NCBI GenBank assembly: GCA_020848835.1
Contig: JADLHJ010000054.1
Coordinates: 97,916-161,915 of the forward strand
DNA: 64,000 bases
Direction: 5' to 3'
From: Candidatus Hydrogenedentota bacterium
GTDB lineage: Bacteria; Hydrogenedentota; Hydrogenedentia; Hydrogenedentales; SLHB01
The notes beneath the pieces were generated by a model. It searched no databases, was not told the DNA's origin, and was given only the letters and a program-made list of their open reading frames with translations. Below, piece after piece: positions 37,679-46,197 of this stretch. Both the position numbers and the translations under genes were made by a program. Numbering within the stretch: the first letter of the stretch is position 1; the number at the start of each line of letters is the position of its first letter.

Positions 37679-40108
37679 TTAACTTAGCGTGGCGGGAAGA
37701 GTACCCACCCCATATTTTGACAGGTGTGATGACAGCCAGACGGCTCTGGCGAGCGGGCCAAACTTGGCATACTCTTCTGGACAATTCGAAAAATGCTGCC
37801 CGTCGGCGTCCGCGTCTTCTGGGTGCAAGTCACGGTACCCACCTACCGACACTGAGGTCACTGAGAAAACCGAACGAATAATGTCTTCCTTGCGTGCCCG
37901 GTTAAAAATCACCCCCATCGGAAGCGCGTTGAGCAATTCAAGATGGTGCATCGCCTGCCGGATGACACCGCTCGGATCATCCCGCGAAACCACCATGATG
38001 ACACCATCCGTGCTGGACGCGAAAATGGATGAATCGTGGGGACCCGGTACTGGACCGGTATCCACCAAAATGACGTCGTATCCTGGTCTAAGTCGCTCTA
38101 TAAGTGCTCGAACAGACGCTGGCGAAAGCGAGCTAGTCGGTGCGTGCCCGTTACCAAACGTCGGCATGACATGCAGGTTCGTGATGCCAATATCTGCAAC
38201 ACAGTTCTCCACATTTTCACCCCGCAGTGCATCAGCCAGTCCGAGCCCGTATTCACTCTGCAATGCCAGGCCGTCTTCAAGGTCCTGTTCATTGATATAC
38301 CCCAGACGCAGCAGACTTTGTCCAAGGCGTATGTTGGAATCTTGAGCAAGCGCAAGAGCCCGTGTGAATTCCGCGTCTGTAATAACGTTGTACTCTCGAA
38401 ATACGTGTCCAAGCTTTCTCCGGCCCACAGCGTCCGTGCTTCGCGTTAATCCTCGTCCGATTAGGTCACCATCGATAAGGAGCGTTCGTGCGCCTGCGGA
38501 GGCAAATGATATGCCCATCGCAAGCGCAACACTGGTCTTACCGGTCTGACTTGTGCCTCCTGTGATTGTGAGTGCAAGACCACTGTTCGACACGATCTGC
38601 GTTTGGAGCATCATCCGAATGCTGTGCACGCAGTGAGCGGCACGGGCAATGTCGGCGGCATCAGACAATTCAATGGACAATTCAGGGAGTGCGCCAAGAA
38701 GTCTCGGGCGAACGGCTTCCGCATCCACAATATCGCGGATCCTCGGATTTAAGAGACCAAGCAACATCACGAACCCGATTCCTAAGCCACTACCCGCCAA
38801 CCCGCCAAGTATCGTAACTTGGGCTTTCCGGCTGGAGTTGGAAGGTTCGATTGGCATAACCGCATCGTTTACTACAATTACACGCCCTTTCAAATTCTGG
38901 GTAAGTAGCGATTCCGTGGTAATTTGTTCTAATCGCGATTTCACCAAATTCAAGTTGTCCTGAATTCGGGACTTCTCCGCCTGTTGTTTCCCGACCTCCA
39001 AATTCTTCTGTCCGAGTTCAAGAACTCTAGGCTTGGCATCGTCCATCAGCTTCTGCAGCTGTCGCACTCGCATCTCGGCGCGCTGCGGATCCAGAATTGC
39101 AATGCGTCCGGATACCGGGTCACCCGCCGTCAACGTGGCGCCCCCGACAGGGCTTTTGCGATAGACCTCGGCATACTTTTCGATCTCTTGCTCTTGCGTC
39201 TTTAACTGCTGAACGGCAGTTCGATACTCCTTGTTGCTTTCGGTACCGACGTAACGAGCGGCGTATTGGTCGACGAGTCGTTGCAGGCGTCCCTTCTCAT
39301 CGACGAGTTGCTGCATGCGGGGGTCTGTTGCGGCGATCTGTTCGACAGTTAGTGATGATGCATCATCCGATTCCTTCGTGCTGGACTTTCCTAATGCCTG
39401 TGCCGTAGCCAGGTCAATTTTCGCGCTTTCTAATTCTATTTCGAGTTCCTGAAGCCTTGAGAGTGCAAAGGCATGCATCTCGCCAAGATTCTCGCTGCCA
39501 AATTCAGTTGCAATATTAGAAATTTTTGTTTCAATATCTACCATTTGGATATTCAAATCGTTGATTCTCTTCTCCAAAGCCTCTAACCGTTCACCGCTTG
39601 TCGTCGTGTCAATTTCGCTATACAAGATGAGATATGCATCAACAAGAGACTTCGCCGCCGCTTGAGCAAGTTTGGGGATCTTGTTTTCGCACGAAACGAA
39701 AATCAGCTGACTTCCCTTGGGTGAAGTCACGGTTATGTTCTTCATAAACTCCACAATATCTTCCAGCGAGGCCTTTCCGCCCGCATTCTTCCAGGTCTCG
39801 CTGCCAATCGCTTCCTCGACGACGCGGCGGCTTTTCACCAGCGAAATCTGCGTTTGGATGAACGAATCGAACATTGGCATCATGGCGTTTTGCTCGTTTT
39901 CGTACAGCACTTTCGGAAGGACCGGGGCGACTCGAATTATCGTCTCGCTCGCGTATTCCGGTTGTATTGCAAAATAGCCAACGGCTGCACCCATCCCACC
40001 CAAAAAGACGCCGAGTACTGTCGCGAGCAGGTAGCGTCCGCGTAACAGCCTGTGTACCAAGAGCAGTGGGTTTTGGTCTGATTGTGGGGCAGGATTCTTT
40101 GACAGCAT
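37679..40108 (-). CDS. wzc: Wzc-like polysaccharide co-polymerase / BY-kinase with MshEN-like insertion
   Basis: TM-coiled coil-TM; Walker A GGTSQTGKTS, A' LLIDGDL, B ILVDTGP; ATG 40108 (the track start 40228 overlaps epsI). Confidence 0.88.
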   Translation of the reverse strand: MLSKNPAPQSDQNPLLLVHRLLRGRYLLATVLGVFLGGMGAAVGYFAIQPEYASETIIRVAPVLPKVLYENEQNAMMPMFDSFIQTQISLVKSRRVVEEAIGSETWKNAGGKASLEDIVEFMKNITVTSPKGSQLIFVSCENKIPKLAQAAAKSLVDAYLILYSEIDTTTSGERLEALEKRINDLNIQMVDIETKISNIATEFGSENLGEMHAFALSRLQELEIELESAKIDLATAQALGKSSTKESDDASSLTVEQIAATDPRMQQLVDEKGRLQRLVDQYAARYVGTESNKEYRTAVQQLKTQEQEIEKYAEVYRKSPVGGATLTAGDPVSGRIAILDPQRAEMRVRQLQKLMDDAKPRVLELGQKNLEVGKQQAEKSRIQDNLNLVKSRLEQITTESLLTQNLKGRVIVVNDAVMPIEPSNSSRKAQVTILGGLAGSGLGIGFVMLLGLLNPRIRDIVDAEAVRPRLLGALPELSIELSDAADIARAAHCVHSIRMMLQTQIVSNSGLALTITGGTSQTGKTSVALAMGISFASAGARTLLIDGDLIGRGLTRSTDAVGRRKLGHVFREYNVITDAEFTRALALAQDSNIRLGQSLLRLGYINEQDLEDGLALQSEYGLGLADALRGENVENCVADIGITNLHVMPTFGNGHAPTSSLSPASVRALIERLRPGYDVILVDTGPVPGPHDSSIFASSTDGVIMVVSRDDPSGVIRQAMHHLELLNALPMGVIFNRARKEDIIRSVFSVTSVSVGGYRDLHPEDADADGQHFSNCPEEYAKFGPLARAVWLSSHLSKYGVGTLPATLS
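38258..38416 (-). other. MshEN-like c-di-GMP-binding domain inside Wzc
   Basis: KLGHVFREYNVITDAEFTRALALA (24 aa) + QDSNI (5 aa) + RLGQSLLRLGYINEQDLEDGLALQ (24 aa). Confidence 0.75.
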
Positions 40109-40127
40109 ATTACAACGCTCGCTCTGG

Positions 40128-40823
40128 TTACGCTTCGGGTACCGATTCGATTCCAGACTCAACCACTGAAATCCAAGGCAACGCTGCCTTGAGCAAAAAC
40201 TCATACTCAACGTTTCGCTCTGCATCACTTAGTGCAGCATCCACAATAAACTGAATACTCGCGGCGCCGAGATACTTTGACGACCCCTCGCGCGCTGCAA
40301 TTTCCAACGAACTCATGTCGGGCGACGTTTTTCGGTTCGGAAGTACTGTGAAATGAAGCACTGCCAACTGCGCACTGTCCCCCGCTGACTCATAAGTAAA
40401 TCCATATTCGGTGGCGTCTACCGCACTCCCGTCCACTGCAAGCGAGACAGGTCGGGCGGTGCGCTGCGTCCATCCCTGGTTGTGATAGCACACGGGAGGA
40501 TAATGACCTAGCAGGCTCCTCACGTCGCTGCCGTGAACGATCAGCAATGTCGCCGACCGCCCTGTTTCGAGATTGCGATAGGTTCTACTTAACGATACAT
40601 TCGCATCGAGTATGCGAAGCGCACCCGCGGAGATCTCGCGGTCAACGCCGACCCAAGGACCAAGACCATAGGGAACGCTGGCGATCGCTTCGCGGATTCT
40701 GGCGTGATATGCGGCAACGCCGGCAGGCACTTGCTCACGATGGACTCTTCCAAGATACACCCCTGTTAGCATTAGCAGGAGGATCAGGGGTGTTACTATC
40801 TTAAACATAGCAATTGCTCTCAA
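40128..40823 (-). CDS. epsI: second exosortase-associated EpsI-like protein
   Basis: N-terminal TM, LSRTY, LGHYPPVCYHNQGW; directly follows the exosortase-like fusion. Confidence 0.82.
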   Translation of the reverse strand: MRAIAMFKIVTPLILLLMLTGVYLGRVHREQVPAGVAAYHARIREAIASVPYGLGPWVGVDREISAGALRILDANVSLSRTYRNLETGRSATLLIVHGSDVRSLLGHYPPVCYHNQGWTQRTARPVSLAVDGSAVDATEYGFTYESAGDSAQLAVLHFTVLPNRKTSPDMSSLEIAAREGSSKYLGAASIQFIVDAALSDAERNVEYEFLLKAALPWISVVESGIESVPEA

Positions 40824-40838
40824 AATATTCGTGCCGAC

Positions 40839-43454
40839 CTAGCCCGCAGAAGCTGGGCTGGCCGCCTCCTCAATTCCGGACTTCGCGGTAAAGTCTGAAC
40901 CCGCGATCCATCTGGCTACGTGCACCATTGCTGCTAGTCCACATACCACCGCGGGTAGCGTGGCAACATCACTCAGTCGGCTTACCCGATTTGCAGACTC
41001 AAGGGACAGATAACCATATATCGCCGCAGTGGGGATTAGCCGGACTGTGTTCAGCGCAAACGCCAGGACTGGACTTGTGAGGACCAGGAAGACTCTCATT
41101 CGCGTACCTACCCGCGCACTGAACGCAAAGGTCAGGCAGACCAGCGTCAAGGCGAATATGATTCCGACTCCGCCAAACGCTTGCGCGACGTCAACCGATA
41201 CACCGTTAATCTGCATGACCCTACTATCCAAACTCACAGACTCACCAACGAAATGCAAGACAACAGCAGTGGAGCGTGCCGTGAAATCTTGTATTGGCTG
41301 GAGAATTCGCAACTGAATGAGTCCTGGTATGGGTATGGCGAACATCAATACGAGAAGCGCTGGCCATAGTCGCCGTGGAAGCTCCGTACCAAGCACAGAG
41401 ACGGCACAAGCTATCGTGATGGTGACTGCACCCATATACCAAAACGATTGAATGAGCTGCGCATCCCCGATCGAGTATAGAATCCAACCCGCCGCGGCGA
41501 TTATTGGGGCGAATATCGTTCCTGACCTTCGTGATAAAAGCGCGCTCTCCCTCCTCGTCCATATCAACCAGGCGGCGGCAGGAATCGCGATCAGACCGAA
41601 GCTGGACTGCAGATCCCGCGTAAGCAAACGCCAGACGTCCCAATATGCATCAGAGGTTATCCACATCGACGCAAGTACCAATGCACACGCGGCGATAAAA
41701 TAGCGTGGCCGCCAATACTGCCTTGCATCGAGCTGCCTCGTTCCAGGATTCTGTGGCTTTACCCGTGCGGGCTTTAAGACCGCGTCGCGACCCGCCCGGG
41801 TCGGTACTGCTTCTTTTCTAAAGCCAACACCAGCCTGTTGAACTCCCTCAACCACAGATGCCGCCTTCACAGACCACGTTTCCTGCTTGACACGCGCACG
41901 GCGCGGAGCGGGATCACCGGGATTCTCGAGCACCCGTTGTATATGCGCGACAAATTGCTGTGCGTCCTCTGCGATCTCGACGTGCGCTTCATACTTAGAC
42001 AGCTCATCAAACGGCGTGCTTACAATCGGGCGGCCAACAGCGAGGTATTCCTTTAGTTTCACGGGATTACATGCCTTGATCCACGCATTTTGATTCCACG
42101 GCATAATCAGCACATCGCACGCCGCCATATATGCTGCCACTTCGGTGTATGGTTTGCGGCCAAGCATGTACACATTCGATAAATCGCACCATTCCTCTGG
42201 CAAAGAGCAGCCACCGACTAGCACAAATGAGCAATTCGGCATCGCGCGAGCAACACTTAGAAAAAGCTCAGGATCAAACGTGTGCGCATCGATTCCGCCG
42301 ACAAATCCAATTCTTGGTCTGGGAATGTCCCGCACGTCATTGGGTTCGGTCGTAGCGCCACGCCCCGCGGCCTCGAACTGATCGAAATCAACCCCATGAT
42401 CAACGAATAACGCCGACCGGCATTCGGAAGTTTCGCTTTCATACACAGAGGTAGAACAGAAAAGCGTTACGTCTGCGCTCTGCTTAAGCGTCAAATCGTA
42501 AGCGCGAATGCGAGCGGGATCGACGCCGGGATAATGCTCAAAACGGTCCGTGCGCTGATACACGAGCCCCGCGGCAGGTATCTTCTCGAAGACTTCTGCG
42601 GCCGGTGGGCATGCGACCCACAACAATGGGGAGGAAATGCCCATGTATTCCGCCGCGTCGCGGACTTGCTCGATTAATAGGGCCCTTGCCAAGGAGGTCT
42701 GGTGGAACTTGGGGATGGATACGGGACTCAATACGGCAAAGTTTTCGGAAACTACCTTGAGTCCTCTCCCCCAACTCTTTACTTTGCGAGCTACCCGCCC
42801 AATAAAAACGCGACCTTCACCGACACGAGGAGTACGCATGCCTATGGAGTTCACATACACCACCGGCATGTCCCGGCTAAGTTCCCGCATCATTTGGACG
42901 TCATAGTGACCGCGGTTGTGGTACCACCAGTCCACGCCACCAAAACAAACGATGCCATCAACTTTGCCTTTGCGTGGCCGTTCGATGAAGTCGGAAATCG
43001 CTCTGCACAATTCTGGCGACGCCTGTCGTGAAATCCTGTCCGTAGCCTTGAGTCGATTCAGTTCGGTATCGAGACGAAGCGCCAGTTCGTGCTCGTCCCA
43101 GGCAACGGATATAAGTCCACGGTCGCCAAATTGACGTGCCGTCGCGACTTGGTGATCATTTCGCGTCTCGCGAAGTACGCCGCGACGAGGCATGACAACG
43201 ATTGGCTTACCCAATTCGAGCGCCGTCAATATGGTGCCCATACCAGCATGGGCAACAATTACGTCAGCCGCCTCAACGAGTTCGCGAAGCTTCTCGGGAG
43301 CGACAAACTTCTCGAACTCAATGTGTTTCGGGAGGTATGCTGTATTCCCCACCTGCGCAAAGATACCGGTCGCATTACGCTCGCCAGCCCACTGATCGAC
43401 TGCTGCCACCAATCGGTCAAATGGCATCTGAGCGCCTACAGTAACCAGGATCAT
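40839..43454 (-). CDS. triple fusion: PssE/Alg13-like GT28-C + GT4-type glycosyltransferase + degenerate exosortase-like domain
   Basis: aa1-158 MILVTVGAQMPFDRL..HAGMGT..RNDHQ; aa~165-545 PRIGFVGG..PVKLKEYLAVGRPIVST; aa580-871 about 8 TM with NTVR but AFGG in place of the xCxG motif. Confidence 0.88.
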   Translation of the reverse strand: MILVTVGAQMPFDRLVAAVDQWAGERNATGIFAQVGNTAYLPKHIEFEKFVAPEKLRELVEAADVIVAHAGMGTILTALELGKPIVVMPRRGVLRETRNDHQVATARQFGDRGLISVAWDEHELALRLDTELNRLKATDRISRQASPELCRAISDFIERPRKGKVDGIVCFGGVDWWYHNRGHYDVQMMRELSRDMPVVYVNSIGMRTPRVGEGRVFIGRVARKVKSWGRGLKVVSENFAVLSPVSIPKFHQTSLARALLIEQVRDAAEYMGISSPLLWVACPPAAEVFEKIPAAGLVYQRTDRFEHYPGVDPARIRAYDLTLKQSADVTLFCSTSVYESETSECRSALFVDHGVDFDQFEAAGRGATTEPNDVRDIPRPRIGFVGGIDAHTFDPELFLSVARAMPNCSFVLVGGCSLPEEWCDLSNVYMLGRKPYTEVAAYMAACDVLIMPWNQNAWIKACNPVKLKEYLAVGRPIVSTPFDELSKYEAHVEIAEDAQQFVAHIQRVLENPGDPAPRRARVKQETWSVKAASVVEGVQQAGVGFRKEAVPTRAGRDAVLKPARVKPQNPGTRQLDARQYWRPRYFIAACALVLASMWITSDAYWDVWRLLTRDLQSSFGLIAIPAAAWLIWTRRESALLSRRSGTIFAPIIAAAGWILYSIGDAQLIQSFWYMGAVTITIACAVSVLGTELPRRLWPALLVLMFAIPIPGLIQLRILQPIQDFTARSTAVVLHFVGESVSLDSRVMQINGVSVDVAQAFGGVGIIFALTLVCLTFAFSARVGTRMRVFLVLTSPVLAFALNTVRLIPTAAIYGYLSLESANRVSRLSDVATLPAVVCGLAAMVHVARWIAGSDFTAKSGIEEAASPASAG

Positions 43455-43981
43455 AGGACGGCTCCACGGTAATATGGCCCAGAATCAAGCTCTAGGTGGG
43501 GCCATTGGGTAAGCCAAAGATCGGCATATAACTCGACCTTTTGGCCGGCTTTGGACAGGCGCTCCACATTTGCGATGCTGTCAATCCAAACGGTGTGGGC
43601 GCCGAGAAGTTTACCCAAGCGTATAGCAAAGAAACCGGGGGCTGCACCGGTCGAGACGACAAAGTCTGGTCGTTCGCGGATGAGAATCACTAGCAACTGA
43701 AAAGCCTGAACGATCAGCTTGAGTTTGTTCCATTCCGTGGCGTCCGCAACGGCATATAGCCGCATACCCGGAACGTCTGACGCGTACATTTTATCAACGG
43801 TCACAAACGTGACATCTTGGCCGCGGAAGACATGCGCGATGCGCAACATCTGCACCCAATGGCCGCCTCCGGAGGACACGGCCAGAAACTTCTTCTTGCG
43901 CTGAGGCAAGCCAGCCTCTGGAGGTGGATTTATAAAGCTTGTCGAAAGCGTACGCTCTACGTCTCGCTCGGTCTGCAACAT
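43451..43981 (-). CDS. pssD: PssD/Cps14F (Alg14-like) glycosyltransferase subunit
   Basis: SSGGGHW, VSTGAAPG, IDSIAN, LTQWPHL; stop overlaps the fusion gene start; ATG 43981 after GGAG preferred over track start 44200. Confidence 0.88.
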   Translation of the reverse strand: MLQTERDVERTLSTSFINPPPEAGLPQRKKKFLAVSSGGGHWVQMLRIAHVFRGQDVTFVTVDKMYASDVPGMRLYAVADATEWNKLKLIVQAFQLLVILIRERPDFVVSTGAAPGFFAIRLGKLLGAHTVWIDSIANVERLSKAGQKVELYADLWLTQWPHLELDSGPYYRGAVL

Positions 43982-44904
43982 TCTTCGGTACTCCGCCGGA
44001 TTCCCCGCAGTCTCAAGAAAATTCTGCTTCGCGTGCACCGCACCCCACGAAGAGGGACAGACGCACGAAAACGCGGTAATCCTTGCCGCAGGAACCTGAC
44101 AGAGTGCAGCCTTAAAGTCGCACGCAATCAATTCGCCTAATGGGCCAATTAGCGACTCGATGTTGTAGGGCCTACAGATCCCATCTCCGCGCAAAAACAT
44201 ATCGGAGATCGCGAACGTAACCAGTCGAGCCGAAAGCTAACCCTCTTACCCCAAGGATTACTACGACATTTATCCAAGCAAGCGCACCCGACAAGAGTAT
44301 AACTCATTACTTCCCGTTCGGCAATCGCTAAATTCTTACCTTGCTGAGCTTAGCCTGACCAACCAATGTTCCGCAGCCGCACCATACCTTGTCATGACTC
44401 GCCAAACCTCATGGCGTATACAAAGCTCAAGATCGATGTTCGGAACCGCCCGGGCTCGTACGCTTTCTCAACCACATATTTAGTGTGCAATTTTCGATCC
44501 AGTTCTTCGAATTATGCAAGCAATCGCAATCAGGAAAGTTATGGTGCCATTACGAAGTAAAGCCACATCTAGCCATAGTCAGGGGTGAGTAATTACTTGT
44601 CGATAATGAGTAACTCTTTTCCGCGCGAATACCGGGGGGGCTCTACGCGTTCCGAGCACTAGGGAAGTTTTGCAAGTATTTGGGGTAAAACGTTGTTGTC
44701 CATAGACTAACGCGCAAGGGAAATCAGCACCAAGAGGCCGCGCCAATCGTGCGTAAAGCGCGGGATTTTCTGCTGAAATAACCGATGCGTCACTCATGTT
44801 GCCGATATCAACTAGAGTACGATAACATACAGGTAGGAAAGAGGTTCCGCCACTGTGTGCGAAATTTTCGGCTGTGAATACCTCTGGTTGGCTGTTGGAT
44901 ATTA

Positions 44905-45780
44905 ATGGACAAATTGCGATCACAATTCATCGAGCGCTGGCACCGAGAAGCTGAAGAAGAGGGCAATCTGCCAGCCAAATACCGGCTTGGTGTGCGTTAT
45001 CACTCGGGAATTGGCGTGCCGGTCGACTTTGACAAGGCCTTCGAGCTTTTGCACGAGGCTGCGGAAAATGGTCACGTGGAGGCGCAGTACAAGGTCGGCA
45101 TGATGTGCGCTGGAGGTCAGGGTACGGCCAAAGATGAAGGCGCCGCGATAAACTGGCTGCTTCGAGCAGCGCACCAAGGCGAGCCTCAAGCCCAATATGA
45201 ACTCGGTAAAATGTACTCGAACGGTTCTCGCGTTGCCCACGATCCCGATGCCGCGGCAAACTGGATGAAGAATGCTGCCGAGCACGGCGTGCCAGAAGCC
45301 CAATACCGGCTTAGCCAAATGTATGCTGCTGGCGCAGGCATCGGCATCGATTCCAGCGCTGCATATGAGTGGTTATCGCGCGCTGCTGCCAATGGTGTCG
45401 GTAACGCGCAGTTTGAGCTCGCATTGAAGTACCTGTCGGGCGATGCCAAGCAGCGCGACCTGGAGCAGGCGATGACATGGCTTCGGACGGCGGCAAACAA
45501 TGGGCACTGCGAGGCACAGCACAAGTTGGGTATCTGCTACAGGGACGGTACAGGTCTAGTTCAGAATTTTGTCGAAGCGTATGCGTGGCTGACTGCTGCC
45601 TCAGTTGTGAGTGACGAGGCAATTGAGGATCGAAACGCACTCGCCGAAACTCTCACGCCCGATCAAATCGCGGAAGGTCAAAATCGAGCAGCGGACATCC
45701 TTGCAGCGCCACACCCCAATCCCAATAGCTCGTCGGCAGAAGCCTTAGCTTCCAAAACTAGCGCGACTGAGCAACCCTGA
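44905..45780 (+). CDS. Sel1-like repeat protein
   Basis: About 6 repeats of AQY.LG.MY..G.G...D...A..W...AA..G. Confidence 0.92.
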   Translation: MDKLRSQFIERWHREAEEEGNLPAKYRLGVRYHSGIGVPVDFDKAFELLHEAAENGHVEAQYKVGMMCAGGQGTAKDEGAAINWLLRAAHQGEPQAQYELGKMYSNGSRVAHDPDAAANWMKNAAEHGVPEAQYRLSQMYAAGAGIGIDSSAAYEWLSRAAANGVGNAQFELALKYLSGDAKQRDLEQAMTWLRTAANNGHCEAQHKLGICYRDGTGLVQNFVEAYAWLTAASVVSDEAIEDRNALAETLTPDQIAEGQNRAADILAAPHPNPNSSSAEALASKTSATEQP

Positions 45781-46197
45781 AACACTGCCTCGTGAGCTTC
45801 ACGAATCCCTAGTCTCTTTCTTTCCACGTGCTCCTCGAAATTCCCGAATCAACGTTGGATTCAATATGGGGGTTGCCTTTCTCTCGAATACGGTACCGTG
45901 CCATTTACAGTGACAAAACTTGTCGCAAGTAGGCTCGATGTGCACATAAAGGTACTAATAGGCATCTTGAGCGCGGTTTTAATTTCAATCCAAATCCTTT
46001 AGCAATAGACGGTTATGGGCATTCGCGCCGCACGGCGTGATAATTGCTCTTCTCCCTTTGGCATACTATGGTACCGCCACGGCAATTGGCGGGCGAGTGT
46101 CCCGTTTGCTCGGGAGTAGGCTATGTGTCGCCTCCTCCAAACGGATTTCATCAAGTGGACGACAAGCGAAAATTTAGTTCGGCTGGAGTACAGAGCC

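Noticed and set aside
40109-40228. N-terminal extension of Wzc in the ORF track
   Set aside because: It overlaps the epsI 3' end by about 100 nt and does not look protein-like; ATG 40108 leaves a normal 19-nt gap.
41175-41177. Exosortase Cys>Phe as a single-base sequencing error (TTT vs TGT)
   Set aside because: Both conserved His positions are also replaced (H>S and H>F, each needing at least 2 nt changes), so one base error cannot explain the degeneration. A read check is still worthwhile.
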